DNA from: Candidatus Limnocylindrus sp.
Lineage (GTDB): Bacteria; Chloroflexota; Limnocylindria; Limnocylindrales; Limnocylindraceae
DNA: 47,804 nt
Direction: 5' to 3'
NCBI GenBank assembly: GCA_044343985.1
Contig: JBIJDR010000002.1
Coordinates: 1 to 47,804 of the forward strand
Both the position numbers and the translations under genes were made by a program. A model generated the notes under the pieces. The model did no database searches. It was not told where the DNA came from and saw only the letters and a list, made by a program, of their open reading frames with translations. Below are positions 8,935 through 17,452 of the stretch, one piece after another (position 1 is the stretch's first letter; the number at the start of each line of letters is the position of its first letter).

Positions 8935-9689
8935 GGATTCAGGTCTTCCACCTCGCCAGAGACGAGGTAGACGATATCTTCGGCGATGTTTGTGGTGCGG
9001 TCGCCAATGCGCTCAAGGTAGTGCGCCGCGAAGAGGAGGCGCGTGCCGCGCTCCACATTCGCCTTGTCGGCCTCCATGAGCACGACGCACTCATCGAACG
9101 ACTGTCGATAGAGCGCATCAATCTGGTCGTCGCTCACGGCAACTTCGCGCGCGCGGACCGCGTCCGCGTCAACGAGGGCGAGGAGCACGCCATGGAGTTG
9201 CGCTGCGGCAAGCTCACCGATCTCTGGGAGGTGCAGATAGCGCTGTAGTGCCGGCTCTGGCGCCAGCTGCTTCGCCACCTTCGCCACTGACGAGGCATGG
9301 TCGGCGATGCGCTCCAGTTCGTACGCAACGTGATTCATGGTGAGGAGGTTGCGCAGGTCGCGAGCAACTGGGCTCTGCGTGGCGATCGTTGTGGTAATTG
9401 CTGAGATCACCTCATGCTGCATGGCGTTGATCGCTCGATCGCCGACGATGATCCTCTCTGCGAGTTCAGCGTCATGGGTTGTGAGCGCCTTCAGCGCATC
9501 ACGGATCGCTACTTCGGCGAGGCTCCCCATCCGGACGATGATCTCCTTGATCGATCGAAGCTCGCGGTCAAGAGGGTCACGCGCGCCCTGCTGCGCCGCA
9601 GGTCCGCTCGTTTCGCTTGATGTGCGTGCGAGGATCTCGTTGATCTCGTTCTCAACACGACCGGGCTCTTGCTCGTTGCTCATCCTCAT
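8931..9689 (-). CDS. phoU: phosphate signalling complex protein PhoU
   Basis: Two PhoU repeats with conserved ELERIADHASSVAK and YLERIGDRTTNIAEDIVY motifs, plus an N-terminal extension of ~30 aa. Confidence 0.9.
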   Translation of the reverse strand: MRMSNEQEPGRVENEINEILARTSSETSGPAAQQGARDPLDRELRSIKEIIVRMGSLAEVAIRDALKALTTHDAELAERIIVGDRAINAMQHEVISAITTTIATQSPVARDLRNLLTMNHVAYELERIADHASSVAKVAKQLAPEPALQRYLHLPEIGELAAAQLHGVLLALVDADAVRAREVAVSDDQIDALYRQSFDECVVLMEADKANVERGTRLLFAAHYLERIGDRTTNIAEDIVYLVSGEVEDLNP

Positions 9690-9731
9690 CCCCCCTAGGC
9701 TCTCCGATTACTACATATCGTAGCGTGCCGC

Positions 9732-9737
9732 TAGGAT
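9732..9737 (+). promoter_or_regulatory. -10 hexamer TAGGAT, 6 nt before GTG 9744 (3 nt before ATG 9741) of ppx
   Basis: TAGGAT-gcc-ATG-GTG. Confidence 0.5.
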
Positions 9738-9740
9738 GCC

Positions 9741-10763
9741 ATGGTGAAGCGTAGCGATTTAGCCTCCACCCCGCGACGGCCTACTGCGAGGCGAAGCGCC
9801 GCAGATCAACGCGCGATTAACGCCAGGCCTCCTCGTATCGGCGCAGTCGCGGACATCGGCTCAAATTCGATCCACCTTCTGGTTGCCATCACCGATGGAG
9901 TCCGGCTCAGCCCGTTGACCGATGAGTCAATCCCCTCCGATCTTGGCCGACTGGTAGAGCGGCGCCAAGAGATCGGGAGCAAGGGGACAGATGACGTGAT
10001 TGAGGCGCTTGAGCGCTTCCATCTTCGAGCGACGAGGCTCGGTGCGCACTCACTCTCCGTTGTGGCTACCGAACCACTGCGTCGCGCAAAGGACCGAAGT
10101 GATGTGCTCAAGGCGTTGCGCAACAAGGTTGGAATCGAGCCAGTTGTGCTCTCACATGAGGAGGAGGGCCTGCTCACCGTTCTCGGTCTCATCCATCCGC
10201 ACGATCGATCAACGCCACTTTTGGTCGGTGATATCGGTGGCGGTTCAACGGAGATCGTGAGCCTCGCTCCAGGGAAGCGGCCAGAGGCGCACGGCTTCTC
10301 AATTGGATCGGCACGGTTGATGGCGCGGGTCAACTACAGCGACCCACCGAAGTTGCGCGAGTGGCGCGAGTTACGCGAGCAGGCGCATGACGCCTTTCAG
10401 GCGCTGCCGGCTACGGATGCGCGCCGCTTGGTCCTCGTTGGGGGCACTGCAACTCGACTCCTTAAGCTGGTGCCGGAGACCCTCCTCACGCATTCCATTC
10501 GCCCTGAAGATCTCTCCCTGATGGGGGAGCGGCTCTCATCACTGACATCTGTTGAGATCTCTTCCAACTTCGCCCTCTCTGAGCGACGCGCACGACTACT
10601 CCCCGCTGGACTCACGATCCTCGAGGCGCTCCTCAAGCAGACCGACGTGACAAATCTTTCGGTGGATCGCGGCGGTATCCGCGAAGGGGTGATCATTGCT
10701 GAGGCGCTCGGCGGTTCAGATTGGCGGAACTTGCTCGCTTCGCTCGTTACCTCACAGCGCTAG
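9741..10763 (+). CDS. ppx: exopolyphosphatase, Ppx/GppA family (short actinobacterial type, no HD domain)
   Basis: ASKHA-fold motifs DIGSNSIHLLVA and VGDIGGGSTEI. The -10 geometry favours GTG 9744 as the real (leaderless) start rather than ATG 9741. Confidence 0.85.
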   Translation: MVKRSDLASTPRRPTARRSAADQRAINARPPRIGAVADIGSNSIHLLVAITDGVRLSPLTDESIPSDLGRLVERRQEIGSKGTDDVIEALERFHLRATRLGAHSLSVVATEPLRRAKDRSDVLKALRNKVGIEPVVLSHEEEGLLTVLGLIHPHDRSTPLLVGDIGGGSTEIVSLAPGKRPEAHGFSIGSARLMARVNYSDPPKLREWRELREQAHDAFQALPATDARRLVLVGGTATRLLKLVPETLLTHSIRPEDLSLMGERLSSLTSVEISSNFALSERRARLLPAGLTILEALLKQTDVTNLSVDRGGIREGVIIAEALGGSDWRNLLASLVTSQR

Positions 10764-11372
10764 CCTTCGCGCACGTTCGGCCTTCGATTCGGTGCTGGGG
10801 GAGACTCCAGGCTCGTTACGCAGCGCGTCGTCAATCTCCTTTGCAAGCTCCGCAACCTCCTCCTCGCCGAGCGACGTGAGGAGCTCAATCTCAAGTTCGC
10901 TCCACGCATCTGACGCGGACTGAACCTGGTCAATGGAGCAGATGGCAACGGTGACTCCCGTATGCATCAGCGGCCAGGTGCGGCGCTGCTGGGTTAGCGT
11001 GACGGTTGGTTGTAGTTGCGTTGTGAGCTCTGCGCCGAACTCGTCCACGATGAGGTCACTGATCTCTGCTGGCAGTCCACTTGCGCTCGTAACGCCTGAA
11101 GCGTTACGAGCGAGCGCTTCAACCTCTTCCCTGTTGTGAAGTGCGCCGACCGTTCTAGCACCGCGCTTTAACGTGTACCCAGTCTCCCCACCGTTGATCG
11201 CGCGCCTACGTAGTGACCAGCCCCGCGCGTTGAGTAGCCCAGCGTGATCGAGGTAGGTGTCCTGCAACGTGAGAGGCGCCGCCTCCTCTCCGAGCGACCA
11301 GCCTTCCGGGAGTTGCGGGGGCTGCGTCAACGCATAGAGGTACTTGAGCTCCCTCTCGCGGGACGTGCTCAC
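10752..11372 (-). CDS. CYTH-domain protein (triphosphate tunnel metalloenzyme family)
   Basis: N-terminal ExExK signature (R-E-R-E-L-K-Y). Size of ~200 aa and alternating acidic/basic beta-strand pattern fit CYTH; there is no CHAD domain. Start overlaps the ppk stop by 4 nt; 3' end overlaps ppx by 12 nt. Confidence 0.7.
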   Translation of the reverse strand: MSTSRERELKYLYALTQPPQLPEGWSLGEEAAPLTLQDTYLDHAGLLNARGWSLRRRAINGGETGYTLKRGARTVGALHNREEVEALARNASGVTSASGLPAEISDLIVDEFGAELTTQLQPTVTLTQQRRTWPLMHTGVTVAICSIDQVQSASDAWSELEIELLTSLGEEEVAELAKEIDDALRNEPGVSPSTESKAERARRLAL

Positions 11373-13456
11373 TCCGCGGCGGCGCTTGCGACGCGCTTGA
11401 AGTCAGCGAAAGCTGAGCGCATCTCTCTCTTCTCGCGGCCGCTCGCCATCTCCTCAAGTCGCAGCCAGGCGCCGTCTGGTTGCAAGATCCAACTGTTGCG
11501 AACGTCACCGAGGAGCACCTCAAGCACCTCCTCACAGCGTCGCACCGACTCGGCGTCAACAAGTGGGAAGAGCGCCTCAACGCGGCGATCAAGGTTGCGG
11601 TCCATCAGGTCGGCGCTTCCTGCGAACCATTCAGATCGGCCGTCGTATTCAAAGTGGTAGATGCGGCTGTGCTCAAGGAATTCGCCAACGATCGAGCGGA
11701 TTTGTAGTCGATCACCGTGTCGGGCTGGGTCGGGGAGGAGCCCGCACATTCCGCGGACGATCAGGTCCACTCGCACGCCGTGCTCAGCCGCTTCATCAAG
11801 GAGGGCGATCATCTCCACGTCAACGAGCGCGTTCACCTTAGCGGCGATGTACGGGCTGCCACCTCGCTTCGCCTCCTCGGTTGCCGCGAGAATACGTTCC
11901 CGAAGGGCGCTCCTCAGCTGCGTTGGTGCTACGAGGAGGCGCTGGTATTCGGCGTGCTTTGAGAGGCCGGTCAGGTAGTTGAAGAGGGCGCTCAGGTCGT
12001 TGCCAAAATCCTGCTCAGCCGTAAAGAGGGCGATATCGGTGTAGAGGCGTGCGGTCTTTGGGTTGTAGTTTCCTGTTGACAGATGGATGTAGCGCCGAAT
12101 GCCCCCCTCCTCTCGCCGTGCAATGAGCGTGGCCTTGCAGTGCGTCTTGAGTCCGCTCATCCCATAGATGACGTGAGCCCCCGCCTCTTCCAGTCGCCTC
12201 GCCCACTCAATGTTCGCCGCCTCATCAAACCGCGCCTTTAGCTCTACAAGGACGACGACCTCTTTCCCCGCACGAGCAGCCTGGATAAGGTGGCCAGGGA
12301 TACTTGAAGTTGCACCAGTGCGATACAGCGTGGCGCGAATGGAGAGGACATCGGGGTCTGCCGCCGCTTGCTGGAAGAGTCGCTCCGCGCTCGCATCAAA
12401 GCTCTCATAGGGGTAGTGCATCAGGAGATTGCCCTCGCGAATCACCTCAAAGAGATCTGGCGCGCCATCGGCGGCGTGCGATGCCGCTGTGATTCTCGCT
12501 GGTGTGACTGGCTGCCATGTGGGAGCCCGCAGTTCGGGGTGCGGGAGGTTGGCGATCTCTGCGCCAACGGTGAGGTCGAGCACGCCGTCCACTTCAGCAA
12601 GCGCATCAGCGTTGAGCGAGAGGCCCGCAAGGAGGAGCGCGCGCACCTCCTCGGACATGCCTGCCTCCACCTCCAATCGAATCACCTTGCCGAATCTTCG
12701 CTGTCGCAACTCCTCTTCAATCGCTGCGAGGAGGTCATCGGCCTCCCCCTCCTCAACTTCAAAATCTGCGTCGCGCGTGATCCGGAATAGGTAGGCGTCA
12801 ATAATCTCGTGTCCCACGAAGAGTTCGTGGAGGTGCGCCTTGATCAGCTCTTCGATGAGGAGCACGCGCCCGTCGCCAACTTCAACAATCCGGCCGAGAA
12901 TTTGTGGAACCTTGACTCGCGCGAAAAAGTTTGCACCCCGCTCTGGATCGTTGAGGCGAACGGCGAGCGAGAGGCTGAGGCTACTGACGTACGGGAAGGG
13001 GTGCCCGGGGTCAACGGCGAGTGGTGTGAGGACGGGGAAGATCTCTTGTGTAAAGCGGGCGGAGAGGCGCTCTCGCACCGCGGCTTCCAAGTCGGCCCAC
13101 TGCACGAGCGGCACCCCCGCAGCAGAGAGCTCACTCACGAGGTCTCTCCAGGTCTCTTGCTTCGCTACTGCAAGGAGGGCGGCCGACTCACGGATCGCGT
13201 GCATCTGTTCAAGCGGCGTGCGGCCGTCTGCACCAGGCACGCGCAGCCCTGCATCAATCTGTTCGCGAATGCCAGAGACGCGCACGCTGAAGAATTCATC
13301 CACGTTCGAAGAGACGATGCTGAGGAACCTGAAGCGGTCAAGCAGCAAGGTGCGCTGATCTTGGGCCTCATGCAAGACGCGTGCGTTAAAGGCGAGCATG
13401 GAGAGCTCGCGGCTGACGATCGGGTGTCTGCTCTGGCCGTGGTGCCCGTCGCTCAT
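11369..13456 (-). CDS. ppk: polyphosphate kinase 1
   Basis: 695 aa. N-domain RFLSIVSSNVDEFFSVRV, autophosphorylated-His region GLKTHCKATLIARRE, and two PLD-like C domains. Confidence 0.95.
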   Translation of the reverse strand: MSDGHHGQSRHPIVSRELSMLAFNARVLHEAQDQRTLLLDRFRFLSIVSSNVDEFFSVRVSGIREQIDAGLRVPGADGRTPLEQMHAIRESAALLAVAKQETWRDLVSELSAAGVPLVQWADLEAAVRERLSARFTQEIFPVLTPLAVDPGHPFPYVSSLSLSLAVRLNDPERGANFFARVKVPQILGRIVEVGDGRVLLIEELIKAHLHELFVGHEIIDAYLFRITRDADFEVEEGEADDLLAAIEEELRQRRFGKVIRLEVEAGMSEEVRALLLAGLSLNADALAEVDGVLDLTVGAEIANLPHPELRAPTWQPVTPARITAASHAADGAPDLFEVIREGNLLMHYPYESFDASAERLFQQAAADPDVLSIRATLYRTGATSSIPGHLIQAARAGKEVVVLVELKARFDEAANIEWARRLEEAGAHVIYGMSGLKTHCKATLIARREEGGIRRYIHLSTGNYNPKTARLYTDIALFTAEQDFGNDLSALFNYLTGLSKHAEYQRLLVAPTQLRSALRERILAATEEAKRGGSPYIAAKVNALVDVEMIALLDEAAEHGVRVDLIVRGMCGLLPDPARHGDRLQIRSIVGEFLEHSRIYHFEYDGRSEWFAGSADLMDRNLDRRVEALFPLVDAESVRRCEEVLEVLLGDVRNSWILQPDGAWLRLEEMASGREKREMRSAFADFKRVASAAAE

Positions 13457-13806
13457 CAGCTGCTCTGGTTTTGCAGCCCGAGGCAGTCCGCGCAGGAGCA
13501 GTTCTTTCGGAGGAGTATCCAGGTGTAATAACCGGTGCGGTGCCCGTCGCCCCAGAAGGCGCAGAGCGCATAGCTGCCCACGAGCTCTCCGCCAGTCAGC
13601 GTCGTCTGCTGTTCGGTGAGCGAAGGGTTGGCATCGAGCCAGCCGGGGAGCCCAGCTTCACCGCGGCAGTAGGCGCATGGACAGAGCCAGCGCAGGGCGA
13701 CCGCAGCGAATCGGCTCTGATGGCCGTCTGGCCAGTCCAACTCAAGCGCCTGCTGCTCGCGCAGGAGGCGGATCGCACTGGGGGCTTGGTGTGCACTCTC
13801 TGTCAT
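13456..13806 (-). CDS. DUF971 domain protein (gamma-butyrobetaine-hydroxylase N-terminal-like, Cys-rich)
   Basis: LELDWPDGHQSRFAAVALRWLCPCAYC...GSYALCAFWGDGHRTGYYTW matches the DUF971 pattern as I remember it. Its stop overlaps the ppk ATG (TGATG). Confidence 0.75.
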   Translation of the reverse strand: MTESAHQAPSAIRLLREQQALELDWPDGHQSRFAAVALRWLCPCAYCRGEAGLPGWLDANPSLTEQQTTLTGGELVGSYALCAFWGDGHRTGYYTWILLRKNCSCADCLGLQNQSS

Positions 13807-13812
13807 GGGGGG

Positions 13813-13818
13813 AGTCTA
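13813..13818 (-). promoter_or_regulatory. -10 hexamer TAGACT, 6 nt before DUF971 ATG (DUF971-ppk-CYTH operon)
   Basis: The minus strand reads cccTAGACT-cccccc-ATG. Confidence 0.55.
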
Positions 13819-13851
13819 GGGTTGCCACGTAAACACCTCGTAAAAGGCGGG

Positions 13852-13857
13852 TAAGGT
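13852..13857 (+). promoter_or_regulatory. -10 hexamer TAAGGT, 6 nt before YibE/F-like ATG
   Basis: TAAGGT-acgcgc-ATG. Confidence 0.5.
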
Positions 13858-13863
13858 ACGCGC

Positions 13864-15000
13864 ATGGCATCACGAGGCACTGAGCGATCCCCCGCGCAGC
13901 GGACTCTCCTTCGTGGCACACCGCTTGTAGCGGGGCTGCTCCTGATCTTCGTCCTGGCGCTCCTACCGAGCCCCTGGTCGCTCCCCGTCAACTCTGGAGC
14001 TTCAACGTTGCTGCGTGGGCGCCTCGCTACGGCGCCAACCCCTCCCGTTAGCGGCCTCTCTGGCAGCGTGACAGTTGAGCTACTTGAGGGTCCAGCACAG
14101 GGGGAGAGCGTCGTTGCAGCGATCGATCAGAGCGAGGAGGTACCGGGTTCTATCCCGTACGCCAAAGGGGATGAGGTCTTGCTGGTTGACCTCGGCGGCG
14201 AGTCTGATGCAGCGAAGTATGCCGTTGCAGATCGATCGCGAGGTGGTGGCATCGTGCTGCTGGCGATCGCTCTTGCTCTCCTTGTAGTTCTCGTTGCGGG
14301 CCTGCGCGGCGCACGCGCCCTCCTTGCACTCTGCGTCGCTGGCCTGCTGATCATTCGATTCGGCCTCCCCGCGTTGCTATCAGGAGCCTCTCCGCTCTTA
14401 GTTGCAGGGGGTATCGCGCTCACCGTTGGAACGAGCACGACACTTGTGACCGAAGGGTTCAGTCGCAGATCAACCGCAGCAATTCTTGGGATTGGCACCA
14501 GCCTGATCGCCGTTGGCGGCCTCTCCGTTCTCCTTGACAGGCTCCTCGCCTTCACGCCGTTCGCTGGCGATCCTGAGCTGCTGAATCTGCTGCCACTTCT
14601 AGGAAGCGGCGTTGACCTGCGGGGGATCGGCCTCGCCGCGGCGCTGATTGGCACGATGGGCATCATCGACGATGTGGCTGCAACTCAGGTAGCGGCGGTA
14701 GACGAACTCCGACAGAGTGCACGTCGAGCGTCAAACCGTGAAATCGGGCGGCGCGCGCTGCGCGTTGGCCGAGCGCACATTGCGGCGGTGATCAACACGT
14801 TGCCGCTCGCATACTTTGCCGCAGCACTTCCGCTTGTTGTGTACACGATGATTGCACCGGGAGAGATCCTTACGCGCATCAGCAGCGAATCGATTGCGGT
14901 GGAGATTGTGCGGGCAGCCGTAGGGACTGCGGGAGTTCTTCTCGTGATGCCGCTCAGCACGGCGGCGGCGATCCTGGTTGGAGTTGGCGAAGAGCGTTAG
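13864..15000 (+). CDS. YibE/F-like integral membrane protein
   Basis: N-terminal TM, then an extracytoplasmic ~100 aa segment, then ~6 TM. The motif GTMGIIDDVAATQVAAVDEL resembles the conserved YibE/F segment. Assignment is from memory of the family. Confidence 0.6.
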   Translation: MASRGTERSPAQRTLLRGTPLVAGLLLIFVLALLPSPWSLPVNSGASTLLRGRLATAPTPPVSGLSGSVTVELLEGPAQGESVVAAIDQSEEVPGSIPYAKGDEVLLVDLGGESDAAKYAVADRSRGGGIVLLAIALALLVVLVAGLRGARALLALCVAGLLIIRFGLPALLSGASPLLVAGGIALTVGTSTTLVTEGFSRRSTAAILGIGTSLIAVGGLSVLLDRLLAFTPFAGDPELLNLLPLLGSGVDLRGIGLAAALIGTMGIIDDVAATQVAAVDELRQSARRASNREIGRRALRVGRAHIAAVINTLPLAYFAAALPLVVYTMIAPGEILTRISSESIAVEIVRAAVGTAGVLLVMPLSTAAAILVGVGEER

Positions 15001-16017
15001 CTAGACGGCGTGTTCGGCGAGCCAGCGCTCAGCGTCAAGTGCGGCGCGGCAGCCATCGCCTGCGGCGGTGACCGCCTGGCGGTAGCGGTGATCATGCACA
15101 TCCCCCGCAATAAAGACGCCGTCAATGGCGGATGCTGAGCTGTGCTCCTTCACCTGGAGGTAGCCAGCGGCATCTACTGGTAGCGCGCCGCCGAGCAGTT
15201 CGGTGTTCGGCTTATGGCCGATCGCCACGAAGAGGCCACCAACAGCGAGCTGCTCCGTTGCGCCGCTCACGGTGTCCTTCAACTTCAGCGCCTCGGTCTT
15301 CTGTTCGCCGATCACTTCAACGACTTCACGATTGAAGTGGATCTCGATCTTCTCGTGCGCCTGTGCACGCGCCACCATGATCTTGCTGCCGCGGAAGGTG
15401 TCGCGTCGGACGAGGAGGTGCACCTTGGTGGCGAAGCGTGTTAGGAAGAGCGCCTCTTCGAGTGCGGTGTCGCCGCCACCGACCACCGCCACCTCTTCGC
15501 CCTTGAAGAAGAAGCCGTCGCAGGTGGCGCACGAGCTGACGCCGCGTCCGCGTAGTCGCGTCTCGGATTCAAGGCCGAGCCAGATCGCAGATGCGCCAGT
15601 TGCAATTACCACCGCATCGGCGGTGAACTCGCGGCCTGCGCTCCAGGCGCGGAAGGGTCGCTTGGAGAGATCGACGCGTTCAACATCTTGGTTGACGATC
15701 ACCGTGCCGAACCGCTCCGCCTGCGCGATCATCTTCGCCATCAGGTCTGGTCCATTGATCCCTTCCGGGAATCCTGGGAAGTTCTCAACCTCACTGGTGA
15801 GCATCAGCTGTCCGCCAGGTTCGTAACCTGCGAGCAGCGTTGGCTCCAACTGCGCGCGTGCCGCATAGATGGCGGCGGTGAGTCCAGCGGGGCCTGAGCC
15901 GAAGATCATCAGCTTGGAGTGCGACGTGGTTGTGGCGACGTTCGCTGCAGGGGCTGCGGTGGGTGTGCTGGCTGGCTCACTTGAGCCGAAGTCGATCGTG
16001 AAGCCCTTCTCTATCAT
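15001..16017 (-). CDS. trxB: thioredoxin-disulfide reductase
   Basis: GSGPAGLTAAIYAARA (FAD), redox-active CATCDG, GGGDTALEEALFL (NADPH). ~35 aa N-terminal extension. Confidence 0.9.
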   Translation of the reverse strand: MIEKGFTIDFGSSEPASTPTAAPAANVATTTSHSKLMIFGSGPAGLTAAIYAARAQLEPTLLAGYEPGGQLMLTSEVENFPGFPEGINGPDLMAKMIAQAERFGTVIVNQDVERVDLSKRPFRAWSAGREFTADAVVIATGASAIWLGLESETRLRGRGVSSCATCDGFFFKGEEVAVVGGGDTALEEALFLTRFATKVHLLVRRDTFRGSKIMVARAQAHEKIEIHFNREVVEVIGEQKTEALKLKDTVSGATEQLAVGGLFVAIGHKPNTELLGGALPVDAAGYLQVKEHSSASAIDGVFIAGDVHDHRYRQAVTAAGDGCRAALDAERWLAEHAV

Positions 16018-16023
16018 GGCCTT

Positions 16024-16029
16024 ATTGTA
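16024..16029 (-). promoter_or_regulatory. -10 hexamer TACAAT, 6 nt before trxB ATG
   Basis: The minus strand reads TACAAT-aaggcc-ATG. Confidence 0.55.
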
Positions 16030-16042
16030 GGCGCTTGCTGAG

Positions 16043-16072
16043 CGGGGCGATCAGCGCACGGGGCGATCAGCG
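16043..16072. repeat. tandem direct repeat, 2 x CGGGGCGATCAGCG separated by CA, spanning the cofC::cofE stop codon
   Basis: Copies at 16043-16056 and 16059-16072. Each copy contains TCA (TGA on the coding strand). Confidence 0.8.
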
Positions 16073-17452
16073 GAAGAGATCCCAGTCGGGGGGCATTAGG
16101 CTCTCGCGGACGCTCCCTGTCTCCGTGGGGGCTGGCTTCGCGCCGCGGATGAAGGCGAGTGGGCGCCCGGCACTCTTGCCGAGCGCAAGCTCCGCCGCGG
16201 CGGCGATCTGATCGGCGACGGCGCGCACGGTGGCCGCCATCACGCGACCATCCGCGTCTGGCTGACCGCGCAGATCGTCTAGTGCTGCGATCCCAGCGAG
16301 CCCGATCGCAACGTCGGTGATGCCGAGTCGCCAGGGGCGACCGAAGGAGTCGGTGATGATCACGCCTGGTGCAACGCCAGTGCGCGCGGCGATGGCGGCG
16401 CGGATCCGTGTTGCAGAGGCGTCTGGATCACGCGGGAGGAGGGTCACGATTTCACCGCTACGCGGACCCACGTTGCTCGCGTCAACGCCAGAGTTCGCCA
16501 AGACGAAGCCGTGTGCCGTCTCGGTGATGATCACGCCGCGATCCATGCGCACCACGCGCACCGCCTCCTGCAGCACCACCTCGACCTGCCGTGCGTCGCG
16601 CTTCCACCTCTCGGCGTACGCGACCGCCTCGGGTCGCGGGGTGATGCTGGTGAGATCAACGATCGCCCCCTCCGCCTTGGAGACGATCTTCTGCGTGACG
16701 CTGATCACGTCATCGGCGCGGAGTGGTCCGAGCGAGCGTTCGCTGACGAAGCGTTGGACGGAGTCTGCGATGAGCTGCGGAAGGTTGTCGTTCGGCTGGA
16801 TCTCACCGAGCCCGTCAATGGGAAGTGCGATCAGGCCATCCTGGTGAACGGCAGTGCCGTGGTTCACCCCTGCAGCGCTGACGGCGTTCAAGTCTTCTGG
16901 TGTATCAAGGTCTGCTGCGAGCAGAGAGTTGAGCTGCTGCACGCTGCTGCTGATCAGCGAAAGCTCACGCAGGTGCAGCGCTGCGCTCCCTTCGCCATAG
17001 TGAAGGCTGATGCTAGTTGGGAGCGGTGTGATCAGCGCCGCGGTGCCGCCATCCAGTGCTGGGAGGATCCCGCTCGCCGCGCCGCTCGTGCGCCACGCGC
17101 TGACCAGTTCATCCAGTGCGCCGCCTGATACGTGCGCAAGATCGACAGGGATGATCAGTGCGGTCGATGCGCCGGAGGAGCTGGCGCGCTGCAGCCCGAG
17201 TCGGATCGCCTCGTTGAGCGGCACGCCGTGATCGTCGATCGCCTCAGCGCCGGCCGCTCGGGCAAGTTCGCGTGCCAACGGATCTGGCGAGACAAGGATC
17301 GTGCGTCCGATGCTGCGTGCGTTGCGAAGTGCGGCGAGGGTGCGGACGAGGAGACGCGCTGATAGCTCAATCCGCTCCTGCTCGCTGAGAGCGCTCTCCA
17401 TGCGCCGCTTGGAGTCGGCAACACTGCGGAAGGGGAGGATCGCCGTGATCAC
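16067..17452 (-). CDS. fusion protein: CofC/FbiD-like guanylyltransferase (N-terminal) plus CofE F420-0:gamma-glutamyl ligase (C-terminal)
   Basis: Residues 1-~200 (MITAILPFRSVADSKRRM...LIIPVDLAHV...) fit CofC/FbiD. Residues ~205-461 (LPIDGLGEIQPNDNL...ISVTQKIVSKAEG...VIITETAHGFVLANSGVD...VIITDSFGRPWRLG...AVADQIAAAAEL) fit CofE. No nitroreductase-like FbiB C-domain. Confidence 0.8.
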   Translation of the reverse strand: MITAILPFRSVADSKRRMESALSEQERIELSARLLVRTLAALRNARSIGRTILVSPDPLARELARAAGAEAIDDHGVPLNEAIRLGLQRASSSGASTALIIPVDLAHVSGGALDELVSAWRTSGAASGILPALDGGTAALITPLPTSISLHYGEGSAALHLRELSLISSSVQQLNSLLAADLDTPEDLNAVSAAGVNHGTAVHQDGLIALPIDGLGEIQPNDNLPQLIADSVQRFVSERSLGPLRADDVISVTQKIVSKAEGAIVDLTSITPRPEAVAYAERWKRDARQVEVVLQEAVRVVRMDRGVIITETAHGFVLANSGVDASNVGPRSGEIVTLLPRDPDASATRIRAAIAARTGVAPGVIITDSFGRPWRLGITDVAIGLAGIAALDDLRGQPDADGRVMAATVRAVADQIAAAAELALGKSAGRPLAFIRGAKPAPTETGSVRESLMPPDWDLFR

